Source: Anaeramoeba ignava BMAN
Taxonomy: Eukaryota > Protista > Anaeramoebae
Length of the DNA stretch: 64,000 nucleotides
Direction: 5' to 3'
Assembly (NCBI GenBank): GCA_028826165.1
Contig: JAPDFW010000101.1
Coordinates: 1-64,000, forward strand
Part shown: positions 1 through 15,600 of the stretch, one piece after another
How positions within the stretch are numbered: position 1 is the first letter of the stretch
Layout of the letters: the number at the start of each line of letters is the position of its first letter
The notes under the pieces: model-generated
Databases searched by the model: none
The model's input: the letters and a program-made list of their open reading frames with translations, nothing else
What the model was told of the DNA's origin: nothing
Made by a program: the position numbers and the translations under genes

Positions 1-2854
1 GAGGTTCCTACTTGCCGTTGACTGACTTGTTTCTACCAAATCAATTAATGTTTTTAAAAATTGTAAAAATTATGTTTGTTTGTTTTTTTCTTCAAAAGAT
101 ATAATTTCTATAATCAATTAGGTTTCAAAATGATGGGTTTTATGTACAAAATCTAATGTTTTCCACATCTTTTCAGGACATTTTGTTTCTCAAATATCAT
201 CTGCAATTGAAAATACATGTTTTGTTTCTTCAAGTGACGAAATTATTCAAGATATTATTTTGAAAAAGAAAATTGATCTAAAAAATCAAACTTCAGGAAT
301 CAAGAAAATTCAATCAACAGGAAGAGGAACGTTTTATTGAATACAATTTCAAGTGTTTATTGTTGGGAATTCAATGAGGAGATTTGGGGATAAATTTGGG
401 GTTTCATTGAATTTAAACACTCCTCAAAAAGTGCTTGTTTTTCGAAGACATGTTTATCAAGGACATTGCTTGCGGGAAAAAACCAGATGTATTTCTATCT
501 CAAAATGGGATCTTTTTTTGCGGAAATTGGGGGACAAAAATATTTTGGGGATACTTCTTCATTTCTTTATTCTCCAAACGGAGAAAACTTCTTATTTCTT
601 CTTTTAAAAAATGGATAAGATCTACAGTGATGCTTGCTGTTCAGAAGCCTTTTTATCACAAAAGATTTCCGGATTTATTGCATTGATTGAATGTTTGGGG
701 ACAACTTGGATTGGGTCATTTTAAGGAAGTTTGCCTTTTTGAACACACAAAAATTCTTTGCAGAGCAAATCATGGATATCAGGATGACAAACAGTTCAAC
801 AATTTTCTTGTCAAAGAAAGGATGGTCAAATTTATTCATGTGGAAAATCAGAATTTAATGGGCTCAATTCTCACAATGCAATAAATAGGCCTCAAAAATT
901 AAATGCCCGATCATGATATTATTGCAATGCAACAGGATCTTCTCACTCAATTGTCTTAACATCCAAAAATGAAATTTTTGATTTGGGGAGCAAGTAATTC
1001 TTATGGTCAACTTGGCAAACCTTCCCTTAAAGAAAATGCAAAAACCCCTTTTTTCATTCTATATCTCAAATTCTTCAATCAACACCCTTTCATATCGCAA
1101 TATCTTCAGGACCTATTACTTCCTTTATTTTTCTATCCTTTAGATTCTTATTTGATTCAAGATTTTCTTGCTTTTTTTTTCCAACGAGAAGAAAAATTGT
1201 GATTCAAAATTGTGTTTTTGATGGTGAAAAAAATGTTCATTCAAATGTTTTGAATATGAGAATTGGCAAAGAAAAGTGTTCAAAACTATTTTCAATTCTA
1301 AAGAAAGAGTATAAATTTGAAGTAATGAATATACTTGAATGGATTTATTTTGGATCCAAAAATTTGAATGAGAAATCTTTTAGAATTTTAAGAGATATTG
1401 GATTTTCAAATGAAGAAATTGATTTTAAATCAGGATATACAGGATTTTGTTCTGATTTAAAGAGATTATATGAAAAATCAAATCAAAATCAAAATCAAAA
1501 TCAAAATCAAAATGAAAATGAAAATCAAAATCAAAATCAAAATCAAAATTCATATAAAAATTTATATAAAAATAAAAATAAAAATAAAAATCAAAATCAA
1601 AATGAAAATGAAAATCAAAATCAAATTGAAAATGAAAATTTATATAAAAATGAAAATCAAAATAAAAATCAAAATCAAAATTCAAATCAAAATGAAAATT
1701 CAAATAAAAATCAAAATTTAAATCAAAATCAAAATGAAAATCAAAATCAAAATCAAAATCAAAATCAAAATCAAAATCAAAATGAAAATCAAAATGAAAT
1801 TGAAAATGAAAATCAAAATCAAAATCAAAATCAAAATAAAAATCAAAATGAAAATCAAAATGAAAATTTATATAAAAATAAAAATGAAAATCAAAATTTA
1901 AATCAAAATGAAAATGAAAATCAAATTGAAAATGAAAATCAAAATCAAAATGAAAATGAAAATGAAAATGAAAATGAAAATCAAAATCAAAATCAAAATC
2001 AAAATCAAAATCAAAATCAAAATCAAAATCAAAATCAAAATGAAAATGAAAATCAAAATCAAAATCAAAATGAAAATTTATATAAAAATGAAAATGAAAA
2101 TGAAAATGAAAATGAAAATGAAAATCAAAATGAAAATCAAAATGAAAATCAAAATGAAAATCAAAATCAAAATCAAAATGAAAATTTATATAAAAATCAA
2201 AATCAAAATCAAATTGAAAATCAAAATCAAAATGAAAATGAAAATCAAAATCAAAATGAAAATCAAAGTGAAAATCAAAATCAAAATCAAAATCAAAATC
2301 AAAATCAAAATCAAAATCAAAATCAAAATCAAATTGAAAATCAAAATAAAAATCAAAATGAAAATCAAAATCAAAATCAAAATCAAAATCAAAATCAAAA
2401 TCAAAATCAAAATCAAAATCAAAATTCATATAAAAATCAAAATCAAAATCAAAATCAAAATTCATATAAAAATTTATATGAAAATTTATATGAAAATGAT
2501 CCAAAAGATTTTATCATAATTTCATATGATGAACAAAAAATATATGTTCATAAATTCGTTTTAATGGCAAGAACTGAATTATTCAGAGGAATGTTTATTA
2601 GTGTAAATGATTCCTCAAATCAAGTTCATGATTATTCTCAAAGATCAGGTGAATCAATAAGAGCTTTAATTGAATTTCTTTATACAGATAAACTTCCTGA
2701 ATCAATAAAAGTTGAAAATTTAAAAGAAATATCTGAACTTGGAGATTTTTATCAACTTCTTTCAAAACCAAAATTAATAACTGAAATTAATCAAAAAGAA
2801 ATTTTATTTGAAAAACAAGAAGAAGAAAAATCACAAAAATTTAAATTAGATTAA
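1..2854 (+). CDS. RCC1-like repeat + NQ/NE low-complexity + BTB/POZ protein; 5' part heavily frameshifted (pseudogene or assembly error), start may lie outside the window
   Basis: RCC1-type fragments in several frames (WGQLGLG ~696, WGASNSYGQLG ~985). ORF 1199-2854 ends in BTB motif KDFIIISYDEQKIYVHKFVLMARTELFRGMF...QVHDYS. Same layout as intact gene 33833-35662. Confidence 0.65.
1478..2497 (+). repeat. Coding hexamer microsatellite (AATCAA/AATGAA) encoding ~340 aa of NQ/NE dipeptides
   Basis: Directly visible; open in the N-x frame throughout. Confidence 0.95.
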
Positions 2855-2916
2855 AAATGATGATAAAAAAAAACTTTTTTTTTCATTTTACTTTTTTCAT
2901 TTTTTTTTCTTTTAAA

Positions 2917-5900
2917 ATGAATATTTGGAAAGCTATTGAAGAAAACAATATTAAGTACTTAAAACAAATCAAAAAAATTCCAGAAGATCAAATGCAAAAA
3001 GAAAGCAAAACCAATTCTTAATTTTGCAATGGAAAAAGTTTCAAAAGAAATAATTCAAATTTTGATTGAAAAAGGAGCAAATCCAAATTTAATTGATAGT
3101 TCATCAAACCAGAATTCACTTCATACTGCAATCATAAATAATTTGGGAATTGAAATCATCAAGTATTTAATTGAAAAAGGAGTTGATATCAACGCATTAA
3201 CAAATAGAAAGGAAACGGCTTTACATTTTGCTTGCCAAAACAATTCATCATTGGAAATTATCAAATTGCTAATTGAAGAAGGAGTTGATATTGATGCAAA
3301 AACATATGAATCACGAAATGCTTTGCATTCTGCTTGCGCAAATAGCAATCTATCTTTTGAAATCATCAAGTATTTGATTGAAGAGGAAATTGATATTCAT
3401 GCTAAAACATATACAAATGAAACAGCTTTGCATCTTGTTTGCCAAAATGAAAACCTATCTTTTGGAATTATCGAATATTTAGTTGAAAAAGGAATTGATG
3501 TTAATGAAACAACAAGCGAAAATGAAACTGCTTTGCATCTTGTTTGTCGAAACAAAAATTCATCATTGGAAGTTGTAAAGTATCTAATTGAAAAGGGAAT
3601 TAATCTCAACATCAAGACAAAATTCCAGAATCAAACAGCTTTACATTTTGCTTGCATGAATCAAAATCCAAATTCATTCGAAATTATCAAATTACTACTC
3701 GAGAAAGGAATTGATACCAATGCAAAAACGCATTCCTATCAAACAGCTTTGCATTTTTATTGTCAAAATGAAAATATATCGTTTGAGATTATTAAGTTGA
3801 TAGTTGAAAAAGGAATTGATATCAATGCAAAACTAAATGACAACCAATCAGCTTTGCATATTGCTTGCAGAAATGAAAAATCAACAGTTGATATTATCAA
3901 ATATCTTATTGAAAAAGGAGGATTTATTAATGAAAAAACAGAGAAAAACCAGAATGCTTTACATTTTGCTTGTGAAAATAAAATGTTAATTTCTGTTGAA
4001 CTTGTCAAATATCTGATTGAAAAGGGAATTAATATCAATGCAAAAACAATTTATGGTCAAACAGCTCTACATTTTGCTTGCATAAATAAAAATCCAAATT
4101 CATTTGAAATTATCAAATTATTAGTCGAGAAAGGAATTGATATCAATGCAAAAACGCATTCCTACCAAACAGCTTTGCATATTGTTTGCAAAAATGAAAA
4201 TCCATCACTTGAAACTATCAAATATTTAATCGAAAAAGGGATTGATATCAATGCAACAACAAACTTCAACCAAACAGCTTTACATATTGCTTGTGAAAAC
4301 ACTTCAAATTCAAAATACTTTGAACTCATCAAGTATCTAATTGAAAAAGGAGCTAATATCAATATAATAACAAATAAAAGGAAAACGCATTGCATGCTGT
4401 TTTGTAGAAACAAAACTCCGCAGTTTGAACTTATCAAATATTTGATTGAAAAAGGTGTGAATATCAATGCAAAAACAGATCAAAAGTAAAAACACCTCTA
4501 CTTTTGTTTGCGAAAACAAGAATCCATCGTTTGAAATTACCAAATATTTGATTGAAAAAGGAACTGACATCAATGCAACCACAAGTTATGGAAATCAAAC
4601 AGCATTACATTTTGCTTGTAAAAACCCAAATATTTCGTTTGAGATTATCAAATACTTGGTTGAAAATGGGATCAATCTCAATGCAATCGCAAAACATGGG
4701 AAACAAACAGCACTCCATTTTGCTTGTAAAAACGAAAAAATATCGGTTGAAGTGATCGAATACTTGATTCAAAAGGGAATTGATATCAATGCGAAAACAA
4801 ATTACAATGAAACAGCTTTGCATATTGTTTGCTTAAATCAAAATCCATCATTTGAAATCATCAAGTTATTAGTTGAAAAGGGTGTTGATCTTAACACAAA
4901 AACAAAAGATGAGAAATCCGCTTTGCATATCATTTGTGAAAAACAGAATCTAGCCTCATCATTTGAGATTGTCAAGTATCTTGTTGAAAAAGGTGCAAAA
5001 ATTAATGAGAAATCAAATGCTAACCAAACAGCTTTGCATATTGCTTGTGGAAACCCAAAATCATCGTTTGAAACTATCAAGTATTTAATTGAAAATGGGA
5101 TTGAAATTGATGCAGTCACGCATCAAACAGAAACAGCTTTGCATTATGCTTGTCGAAATGAAAATTCATCAGTTGAAGTGATAAAATTATTGGCTGAAAA
5201 TGGAAGTAATACAAATGCAAGAGCAAATCACAGTAAAACAGCTTTGCATTATGCTTGTGAAAATGAGAATCCATCTTTCGAAGTTATCCAGTATTTGATT
5301 GAAAGGGGAATTGATGTCAATGCACAAACAAGCCAAAGACAAACAGCTTTGAAAATTTTTTGTGATAATTCTAGCCAGAATTCATTATTTCAAATTGCAA
5401 ACTTATTGATTAAAAGTGGGACTGATTTGGATGCAAAAGAATATTATGGAGGTGAAACAGCTCTTTCAATATCTATTTTTCGAAAAAAAAAAATTTTAAT
5501 AGCAGTATTATTGATGAATGGTGCGAATATTTTTAATTTATCAGATCAAAGTATAACAGAAGAATTTATTGAAATTTATCACAATGTTCATTCAATAAAT
5601 GATGATATGAACAAGTTATTGAACTCAAATGATAATTTTCCAGATTACCAAATTAAATCAAGTGATTCTTCAACATTTAATGCTCACAAATTAATTCTTT
5701 TATTAAGATTTAACAATGATAATTCGATTCTAGAAAAATTCGTCAAGATTTGCTCTGAAAAGCCGAAAGAAGATGTTGAAATTGCTTTGAGTTTTCTTTA
5801 TAATGGGTTTATTGACTTTCAACTAATAAATCAACTCGTGAATATAGAAAACAAGTCTAATGTGTATGATTACTTCTATGAAAGAAGAGAAAGCGAAATA

Positions 5901-6347
5901 TTCAAAGCTCAACAAAAACAAGAAGAGAAACAAGAAATAATATGTGAGTTTTTCAATGAAATGGGATTAAATTCAGAATGGGTTGAATCTAAAAAAGGAA
6001 GAAAAGGAATAATAAAAGATTTTGAAAAATTATATCAAGAAAATGAAACAAAAGATTTCACAATTATTTGCGAAGAAAAAGAAATCAAAGTTCATAAATT
6101 AATATTAATATTAAGAAGTGATTTGTTTAAAGGAATGTTTTTAAATGTTTCAGATTCTTCTAATCAAGTTCATGATTATTCTGGGAAATCATTTGAAGCA
6201 ATTCAACAATTAGTTTATTTTCTTTATCATGATGAATTTGATGAAACAAAAACAATTAATCAAGACATAAAACAAGAATTTAAAGATTTCAAGGATTATT
6301 ATCAATTAAATCCCAATTCTATAATCGATTTACTTTTAGATTTCTAA
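2917..6347 (+). CDS. Ankyrin-repeat protein with C-terminal tandem BTB-like module (frameshifts near 3010 and 4400-4500)
   Basis: ATG 2917 (MNIWKAIEEN). ORFs 3029-4489 and 4467-6347 carry >20 TALHxAC...IIKYLIEKGIDIN repeats, then HKLILLLRF and KDFTIICEEKEIKVHKLILILRSDLFKGMF. Confidence 0.85.
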
Positions 6348-6349
6348 TA

Positions 6350-6582
6350 CAATTTTATATCAATTTTATATCAATTTTATATCAATTTTAAATCAATTTT
6401 AAATCAATTCTATATCAATTTTAAATCAATTTTATATTAATTTTAAATCAATTTTAAATCAATTTTAAATCAATTTTAAATCAATTTTATATCAATTTTA
6501 TATCAATTTTAAATCAATTTTAAATCAATTTTAAATCAATTTTATATCAATTTTATATTAATTTTATATCAATTTTAAATTA
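6350..6582. repeat. 11-bp tandem repeat (ATCAATTTTAW)n, intergenic
   Basis: Directly visible, about 20 copies. Confidence 0.9.
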
Positions 6583-6665
6583 ATTCCAAAAATAAATTGA
6601 AAACAAAATTTTTCATTTTTTATTTTTTATTTTATTATTTTTTAATTTTATTTTATTGTTTTTAA

Positions 6666-9600
6666 ATGAGTCGTTGGTTTAAAAATTTAATCAAAAAGAA
6701 AAATAAAGATAAAGATAAAGATAAAGATAAAGAAGAAAAAGAAAAAAATTTAAAAAAAAATAATGAGGATCAAAACACACAAAATATTGCTTCTAAATTA
6801 TTAAATCTTCAAAAAATTCAAGAAATTCGTCAATTATGGAATGAATTTTCTCAATTAAATGATGAAGATTCTAAACAAAATCTTTTAAATCAAATTGTGC
6901 CAACATTTTATGAATATTTTTATACAGAAGAAAATAAAAATTCAATCAAAGAGTAAAAGGAATTAATTATAAAATTAATTATAAAATTATTTATTAAATT
7001 ATTTATAAAATTATTTATTAAATTATTAATAAAATTATTTATAAAATTAAATATAAAATTATATATAAAATTATTTATAAAATTATTTATTAAATTATTT
7101 ATAAAATTATTTATAAAATTATTTATTAAATTATTTATAAAATTATTTATAAAATTATTTATTAAATTATTTATAAAATTATTTATTAAATTATTTATTA
7201 AATTATTTATAAAATTATATATAAAATTATTTATAAAATTATTTATAAAATTATTTATAAAATTATTAATAAAATTATTTATAAAATTATTTAATAAAAT
7301 TTATATTAAAAAAAGATTTGGTGATACTAGAAATTTCTCTTTCGTTATTGCAAAATATTTCATCAATTTATTAATTAAATTAACAAAAGAAATCAATTCT
7401 TCTGATCCTAATTTACTTTCTAAAATTATTAATTTCCCAATAAATCATCAAAATAATCTCTATTACTTTCAATTATCTGCAACACTCCTTTTATTATCAC
7501 AACAAGAAATTAATATTGAATCTCTTCTAAATTCAAAGTTAACTTTAAATTTATTAAATTTTTTAAAATTATTCTCTCAATTCAATTTAAATCAAATTTC
7601 TTATGAAGAAAATAATAATCAAGAAAGTTTGTGTTATTTATATTTAATTTATTTAAAAAACAAATTGAAGTTTTTATTTTTATTATTATTATTATTTTTA
7701 TATAGAAAATGAAAATAGAAATGAAACAGAAAATGATTTTATTCTTTTATTTGTTGATATTCTTCAAGAAAATTCTAAAAATCAAAAATCTATTGATCAA
7801 CTTATTCAATCTGATACATTAATAATCCTTTTCGAAATTATAAACTCTAATTCTAACAAAAATTATCTAATTAAAAAACTTCAAAATGTTTCTCAATTAA
7901 TTTTATCACAATTTATGAATGAAAATTTGATTTTTTATATCCAAACAAAAACATAATTAAAATTCAACTTGAAACACTTTCAGAAACATCAAAATTAAGT
8001 TCATTCAGAATTTCAAACTCAATTTCATTTATTATTAATTTACTCATTTCTTCTTTTCCAAAAACTCATAAATTTTTTGATGAATTTATAAAACTATCAG
8101 GATATAAATTATTTGGAAAAATTGTAGCTGATATGCTTCATAACAAATCAACTTCAATATCAGATTTGGAATCAATTATCAAAAACATTTCATCTCTTGT
8201 TTTTTGTGGATATTTTAATATTAAATCCATTTTTGATCAAGAAAAAGAAATCAATACAAATTTTTCAATTCAAAATACTGATGCTTTGCAAATTTTATCT
8301 AATATTTTCTTACTTTCAGCAAATTCTTCATTTAAAAAATTATCATTATTTACTCTTCAACAATTATTCTTAATTCTTCAAAAAAATCCACATAATTATT
8401 ATGTGATGAGTCAATCCAAAGTTATTGAATTGGTTCTTGCAAAATTTCCTTTATATGAAAATGAAATTCAAGTAAAATTATAAATTTAAATAAATTTAAA
8501 ATTAAAATAAATTTAAAATTTAAAAAAAAATAGGTTGATTTGCTTAAAATTATCAAATTTGTTGCTTCTTCCCTCCAAATTACACCTAAATTAGAATTAG
8601 AAATTTTAATACAATTATTTAAAAACAAACCCAAAATTGAGGTTGTTCAATTAATCACAAATCTTTTTAAGGACTTGATATCATCCAAAAATGAATTCAA
8701 AACAATACTATTCCAATTTGGTTTACTTAATTCAATTTATACTTATATTCAAAAAGAAATTTCTCAACACAAAAAACACAAATCGAAAAAAAAATCTCAA
8801 TCAACAAATTTAATCATCTTTTATATTCAAACTATTGAATTTTTTGTGAATGATAATTTGGAAAATATGAACTTACTTTATGAAAAGAAAGGAATTAATT
8901 TATTATTTGAATTGATCAAATTGAAAGATTATCAACAATTAACATTATCATTGATTGAAAGTCTCGCAATACAAGATAAAGCACAAAAACTAGATATTAT
9001 TAAGTTAATTCTTGATGAAATATCTTCAATGAAAATAACCCAATTATCATTATATAAAGCATTTTTAATTTGTTTAACTTCAATATTTAAACAAAACCAA
9101 ACTTCACAAGTTCATTTCCAAAAAATTCAAGGTTATGAAATCATTTTCAACAAAATACTTCCAGAAAGCTTAGTGAAAATTCAAAATATTGAAGCACAAA
9201 ACCAATTTCTTCAAAATTTATTCCAAATGATCATTTGTTCACTATCAGATTCAAAAATCAATCAAATACATTTCCATCACATTTACACACATGAAAAATT
9301 GGTTAATTCAATTACTTGCTCAGGAAATTTCCATAGTTTACTCAAAAATTCCCAAAAATATCATCTATTTTGTTTGTTACTTGATTTATCAATACTATCA
9401 AATGAATTACTTCATACAAACAACACACTTATTCCTGATTCATCAAAACTGAAAATTGTTTTGCCTCATCCAATTATGGTTGTTGTAGATTTGATGAAAG
9501 ATTTCGCAGTGAATTACCAAATTCAGATATTTCTAAAATTGAAAATCATCACAATCGGGAATTGGTTTAACCAACAGCAAATTAATTCTGTGGAAATTTC

Positions 9601-12600
9601 GACTTTATTGATGAAAAAATATCAAGAATTTCTTTTTGATGAAGAAAGTTTATTACATCCAGTTCTAACAAACTTTTTTCAGATCATTCAAGCAAGCAAT
9701 TCCTCAATCAAAGAATTTCGCAAGTTTTTCCGGTTATTTAAGAAAAACAAAAACATTCCAAATTCAATTTTATCAATATTTAAATCAATGATTCATGATG
9801 GAAATCAGCCTTCTTTTATTGAATTTGATCTTCAAGAATCATCAAATGCCAAATTGTCTCTGGAATATTCAAATGATAAATCATGGCCTCCTTCTTCTTC
9901 ATATTCTTTATCATTTTGGATATATTTTGATTCTTTGAGCGAGTTTTCTATCAATTTATTCAGAGTTTTTTCTTCCAAAAATCAACTAGAAATTATATTC
10001 TCAATTTCTAATGGAAAATTATCGATCACTTCATCTTCAAATTCTTCCATTTCATTTGACAAATTTCAATTCAAAGAAAATCATTGGTATCATGCTGTTA
10101 TTGTTCATTCTAAACATAAATTTTATCAATCCTCAATTACATTATTTGTTGATGGTTCTTCTAAACAAATTTGCAAAATCAACTATCCAAATTCAATCCA
10201 ATCTCCTTTTAAATTTGTTATTGGTAATTAATTTCAATTTTAATTTTAAATTTTAAATTTTTTAAATTTTAATAAATAATTTTTCTTTTAAGGAAATGAA
10301 AATATTTCAGAAAATCCACCCCATATAAAATGGAAATTAGGATCATGCTTTCTTTATGAATCTGCTTTAAGTTTGCAAGATATTCAAAAAATATTTTTAC
10401 TTGGACCTAATTATTCAGGATCTTTTATCAATCCATTTTCACAATTTACAAATTTTCAAATTGTTAATAATTATATTGTTGATAATCTTTTCAAAAATGG
10501 AGAAAATTTTGAAGATATTATGAAACAATTGGATCTTTCAATAGCTTCTATTCCAATAGTAAATGAAAAATTGATTTTTTGTTTGAGTCCAATTCACACA
10601 AAAAAAGTATTGGAAAATATTTTAAATGAAAATGAAAATGAAAAAATTGAAGAAATAAATTCTCAAAATAAAGAATCCAATTACAAAAATGAGAATTTTT
10701 TGAAACAATCATTATCAATACAAAATCTTGCAGTTTTGAATGGGAAACCATATGGAATTCTTTCAGGAAATGTTAATGTTTTTCTCTCTAAAGGAGCTAT
10801 TATGCAAATATCTAAAATTAGAGGACCGATTATTTGCTTTTTATTATTTGAAAAAATTACAACAGAAATTCATTTCCAACAACTATTCGCAATTTTAGTT
10901 AATTTAATTAATTTAAATTACACAAACTTAAAAGAATTTGAAAGAATGAATGGATATAAAATCATGTCTCATTTTTTAAAAGAAAATTCACATTTCATAA
11001 ATGTAAATATCATCAATTTACTTTTTGAATTGATTGGAACTCAAGAAAGTACAAACATTTCATCTTTAATTAAAAATCTTGGTATTATTGAAATTGTTTG
11101 TTTTGATCAAGAAATATGGAGCAAAACATCAAATTTAGTTCAAGAATATTTTTTCGCAAAATTCCAAACTTTCATTCCTATTGATAACAAAAACCAAGAT
11201 TTTAATATTAATCAATTAAGAAAGCTCAGATTTGTCAAGTATTTATTCAAATTACTTCGAGAAGAGATATTTGATGATTCTGTTATCAATAAAATAGTTT
11301 CTCTGTTAGATTTAATATTTGATCATTCCTTACTTTCTGATGAATTTTCTCTTTTTCAAACATTTATAACATCCACTTTAAATTACAAACAAGAAAAAAG
11401 TGATCCAGAAAACACAAAATTTCAAAATATATTTGCAAAAATTCATGGATTGTTATTAGATATGATTTTTGGATTAATAGTCAGAAATAAAAACAAGGAA
11501 AATAACCATGAGTTAATTGTGAAAATTCTAAGCCCAAGTTTTGTACTTTCTATAATTGAACATTCCAAGGCATTATCAACAAAAATAAAGGCACTAAAAT
11601 TAACAACAGCATTATTGTTAATGTATCCTTTATTTTTCCAGAAATTCAAACAGAATTATGGATTCCCAATTCTTACACTAATATTATCCAAAATTGAGCA
11701 AAAATCGATCATTTATTATTATTTATTTTGTTTACTTTTTGGAGTATCTGAAGTTTTAGACAAAGAAAATTTCGAAGTCAAAGAAACAAATTTCAAAGAA
11801 GTTTTATTAAATAATTCATCAATTTTCAAGAAGACTTCTCAAATTTATTGTTCTGAAGCATTTTTCCTAATTTTAACTTTATTAAGGGAAAGTCAAAGGA
11901 AATGTATTAATGAAGAATTAAAATTTCATGAGGAATATCAAAAAAAAAGGAAATTAAGAAGGGAATCAAAACATCGGAAATCAAAAAGACGATCAAAAAA
12001 GAAAAAGGAACAAAGAAAAAAAGAAAATTTAAATCAAAAAGAAAATGAAAAAGAAAATAAAAATCAAAATCAAAATCAAAAAGAAAATGAAAAAGAAAAT
12101 GAAAATTTCATTCCTATTGAAATACAAAATCAAATTCAAAATGAAATTCAAAACGAAAAAGAAAATGAAAATGAAACAAAATCTTCAAAATTCAAAATAT
12201 CAAAAACACTTCCTTCTTTCTTTAGAAAAGTTCGTAGAAAAACAATTACAAAAAATACTGAGAATGAAATACCAAAAGTAAAAAATGAAGAAGTTTATGT
12301 TTTTCCTAAAATAAAGAAGAGAAGAAATAAAAAAAGACAAAGTGAAACAAAATCAATTACACAAAGAAGTCATATTTCTTCCTATTCCAAAAAATTACCA
12401 AAAATTTTACAATTACAAATTCAACAACAAAACGAAATTATTAAATTTTTAATCAGTTTCTTTAATAATTATCCGAACTTCAGAGATACTTTCAAAAAAC
12501 TAGAATTTATTGAAGCATTAGTTGAAATTATATTTATTAATTACTCTGAAATTCAAATGGAAGTTGATGAATCATTGAATAATAATAATAACAACCAATC

Positions 12601-15600
12601 AAAAGAAGATTCACCTCAAACTGAGAGAGATATGAGAGAAAAAAGAAAGACAATGGGAATTTTCTTTTCTTTTACAGGAATAATTCCATTCCAAAAAATA
12701 AGTGAAAAAATGAAACAAAATAAATCAAGAAAACAAGAAAATGAACAGAAACCAAAATTGGATGAAGAAAATGAATCAAAATCATCAAAAGAATCTTTTA
12801 ACCAAAAAGAGAATAAAAGTGAAAGTGAAAATGTTCAAGATGAACAAAAATCTCAAATAACGAAGAAGAGATTACAAAAAATCATTTTAAATCATCCAAC
12901 AACATTGTTAATTTTTGATTTTCTCACAAGATTAGCAACTCAAAGTATTTCTAATGATCAAAAATTCCAACAAATAATTGAATCCATTCTTGATTCTCCA
13001 TTGATTTATGTTCCCAAAAAAGTAATTTCAAGTTTTGAACTGGATCTATTCATTTCTATTATGGAACATCTTGAGATGAATACAAGAAGAGAAAGATTTT
13101 CAAGCTCCAAATTTTCAAATAACATTTCTAAGTTTTCTCAACTTGTAGTGGATAAAATGAACAATGAAATTTTCCAAAGAAAAGAATCGTTTATATTTCA
13201 ATTTTTTGTTACAATGATCAAATTGATAATTGGAGACACATTAGCCAAAATTGAGAATTTAATCAATTTCAAATCAAGTAAACATCAAAATACTGGCTTG
13301 CAATCCTTATATAAAGGATTGAATAAAGCTATTTTATTTATTTTGAGTTTCAAGACTTTCCATAAAGATGAATTGATGAAATTATTACTTTTAATTTTGA
13401 AAGAGAAGAACATTGTTATGAATCCGTACAATTCAGATGTTGAGTTCATTTCATGCTTTTGTTTGAGTTTATATCGGTTATTACGTTCAGGAGAAGATGA
13501 AATTATTGCTAAAACTTTTGAAATTTGGAAATATTTTGCAAAATCACAAAATGAAAATATAAAACCATTGTTTGTTTATAAAAACGATAATAAGGAAACA
13601 AAAAACCTATTTTCAACAATGCTTGAATACATGTCAAATGAGAAGGAGTTTATTGATTATTTAATTCAAAATGAACAAGAAATTCATCAGGCATTTAATT
13701 ATCATATTGTAAAAGCGTGGAATTTTTACAAAGAAATTAAAAATAAAAACAACTTGGAACAAGTTAATTCTTGGATTAGTCGAAGAAAAACTCGGCTTAA
13801 AAATCGCAGAAAAAAGGATCGAGGAGATCAAGAAATATACAAAAGATTTCAAGAATATGGGAAATTTCAGATTGAAAATTTAGCCAATTTTGAAACAAAT
13901 CGAAATCAAAACGAGAGATTAAAACTAAATGATATGCATCAATATATAGTATTTGAATGGGAAAAATTCAAAAAAGAATTTACTCGAGAACGAGGAATTT
14001 GGGGATCTAAAAAACAAGATCAAGATGCAAAATGGAAATTGGATACAAATGAAGGGCCTGAACGAATGAGAATGAGGCTTGAAAAAAATTTCAATTTCAG
14101 AGATTATAAAGGATGTGCAAGATATGATGAAGAATTGGATGATAATCCAGAACAAGATGAGAAAGAGAATGAAGAAAAGAAAGATTTAATTTCTAAGAAA
14201 CTCAGTTCTATGCAGAGCGGTTCATTTGTGAATAAAAAGAAATTAGATGGAGATAGTGATGATGAAAGTGATACTAATATTACAAATATTTCAAGTGAAT
14301 TTGAAGGAGGGGATATTTTTATAGATTTAGATGCACAAGAAGAGCAAGAAATGGAACCAAAAACACCACGTCAAACCAATAATAATTTATCTGAAATTTT
14401 TGATGGAATTTTAGATTTCCAAAAAGAAAAAGAAAATATAAATGAAAATATAAATGAAAATGAAAATGAAAATGAAAATGAAAATATAAACGAAGAGAAT
14501 CAAGAACAAGAGGAAGATCAAAGAATCTTGCGTATGCTTGAAGAAGGAGATCATCGAATATTGCGCAAATATAATTGTTCAAGAGTTATTGGTCTTGAAT
14601 CACAACCAGCTTTGTTACTCATCTGCTCAAATAATCTTTATATAATTGATAATTATGCAGTATCTTCTAATCAAGAAATTATTGAAATTGATGAAAAATT
14701 AAGTGGATTATTATCAAATAAATTGATTGCTTTTGAAATTGAGGAATATAGTAATAAAGAACCATTTACAAATTCATGGACTGCCAAAGAAAAATCAAAT
14801 GTTCCTGAAATGTATGATAATTATGATAAACAGAAAAGCTCAATTATTGGGCATAAATGCATAAAATTGCCAATTTCGAATTTGATAGATGTTGTGAAAA
14901 GAAGATATTTATTACAACCTATTGCATTAGAAATTTTTTCTGGTGATGGACGCAATTATCTGTTTTATTTCAATGTGAAACAAAGAAATGAAATTTTTTC
15001 ACAAATATTATCATTAATATCAACCAAAAAGAACGAAAATCGAGGATATAAATCCGAAAGTGAAATGATTTATGGGATTCGGGAATTATCGAAATCTTCA
15101 TCAACACAAAAATGGGTTAATGGAGAAATATCTAATTTTGAATATTTGATGATATTAAATTCAATGGCTGGAAGAACATACAACGATTTAACTCAATATC
15201 CTGTTTTCCCATGGGTTATAGCAGATTATGAAAGTGAAACAATAAATCTCAAAGATAGCAAAATATATCGTGATTTATCCAAACCAATGGGAGCACTTGG
15301 AGAGAATCGAGCCAATGAATTTCGAACAAGATATGAAATGTGGGAAGATCCAATTATCCCCAAATTTCATTATGGAGCACATTATTCTTCTGCTGCTATT
15401 GTTCTTTATTATTTAGTTCGTTTGGAACCTTTTACAACTCAATTTGTTCATCTTCAAGGAGGAAAATTTGATCATGCAGAAAGACTTTTCCATTCAATTC
15501 AGAAAACATTTTTATCAGCAAGTAAAGTGACAATGTCTGATGTGAAGGAGCTTATACCAGAATTTTTCTATCTTCCTGAATTTTTAATGAACCAGAACAA

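Noticed and set aside
1425-2519. Poly-FD/FH, poly-KI/KM and poly-IL ORFs
   Set aside because: Alternative-frame or antisense readings of the hexamer repeat.
3121-5119. Short antisense ORFs over ankyrin arrays, also at 53959-63950
   Set aside because: Shadows of repetitive coding sequence on the opposite strand.
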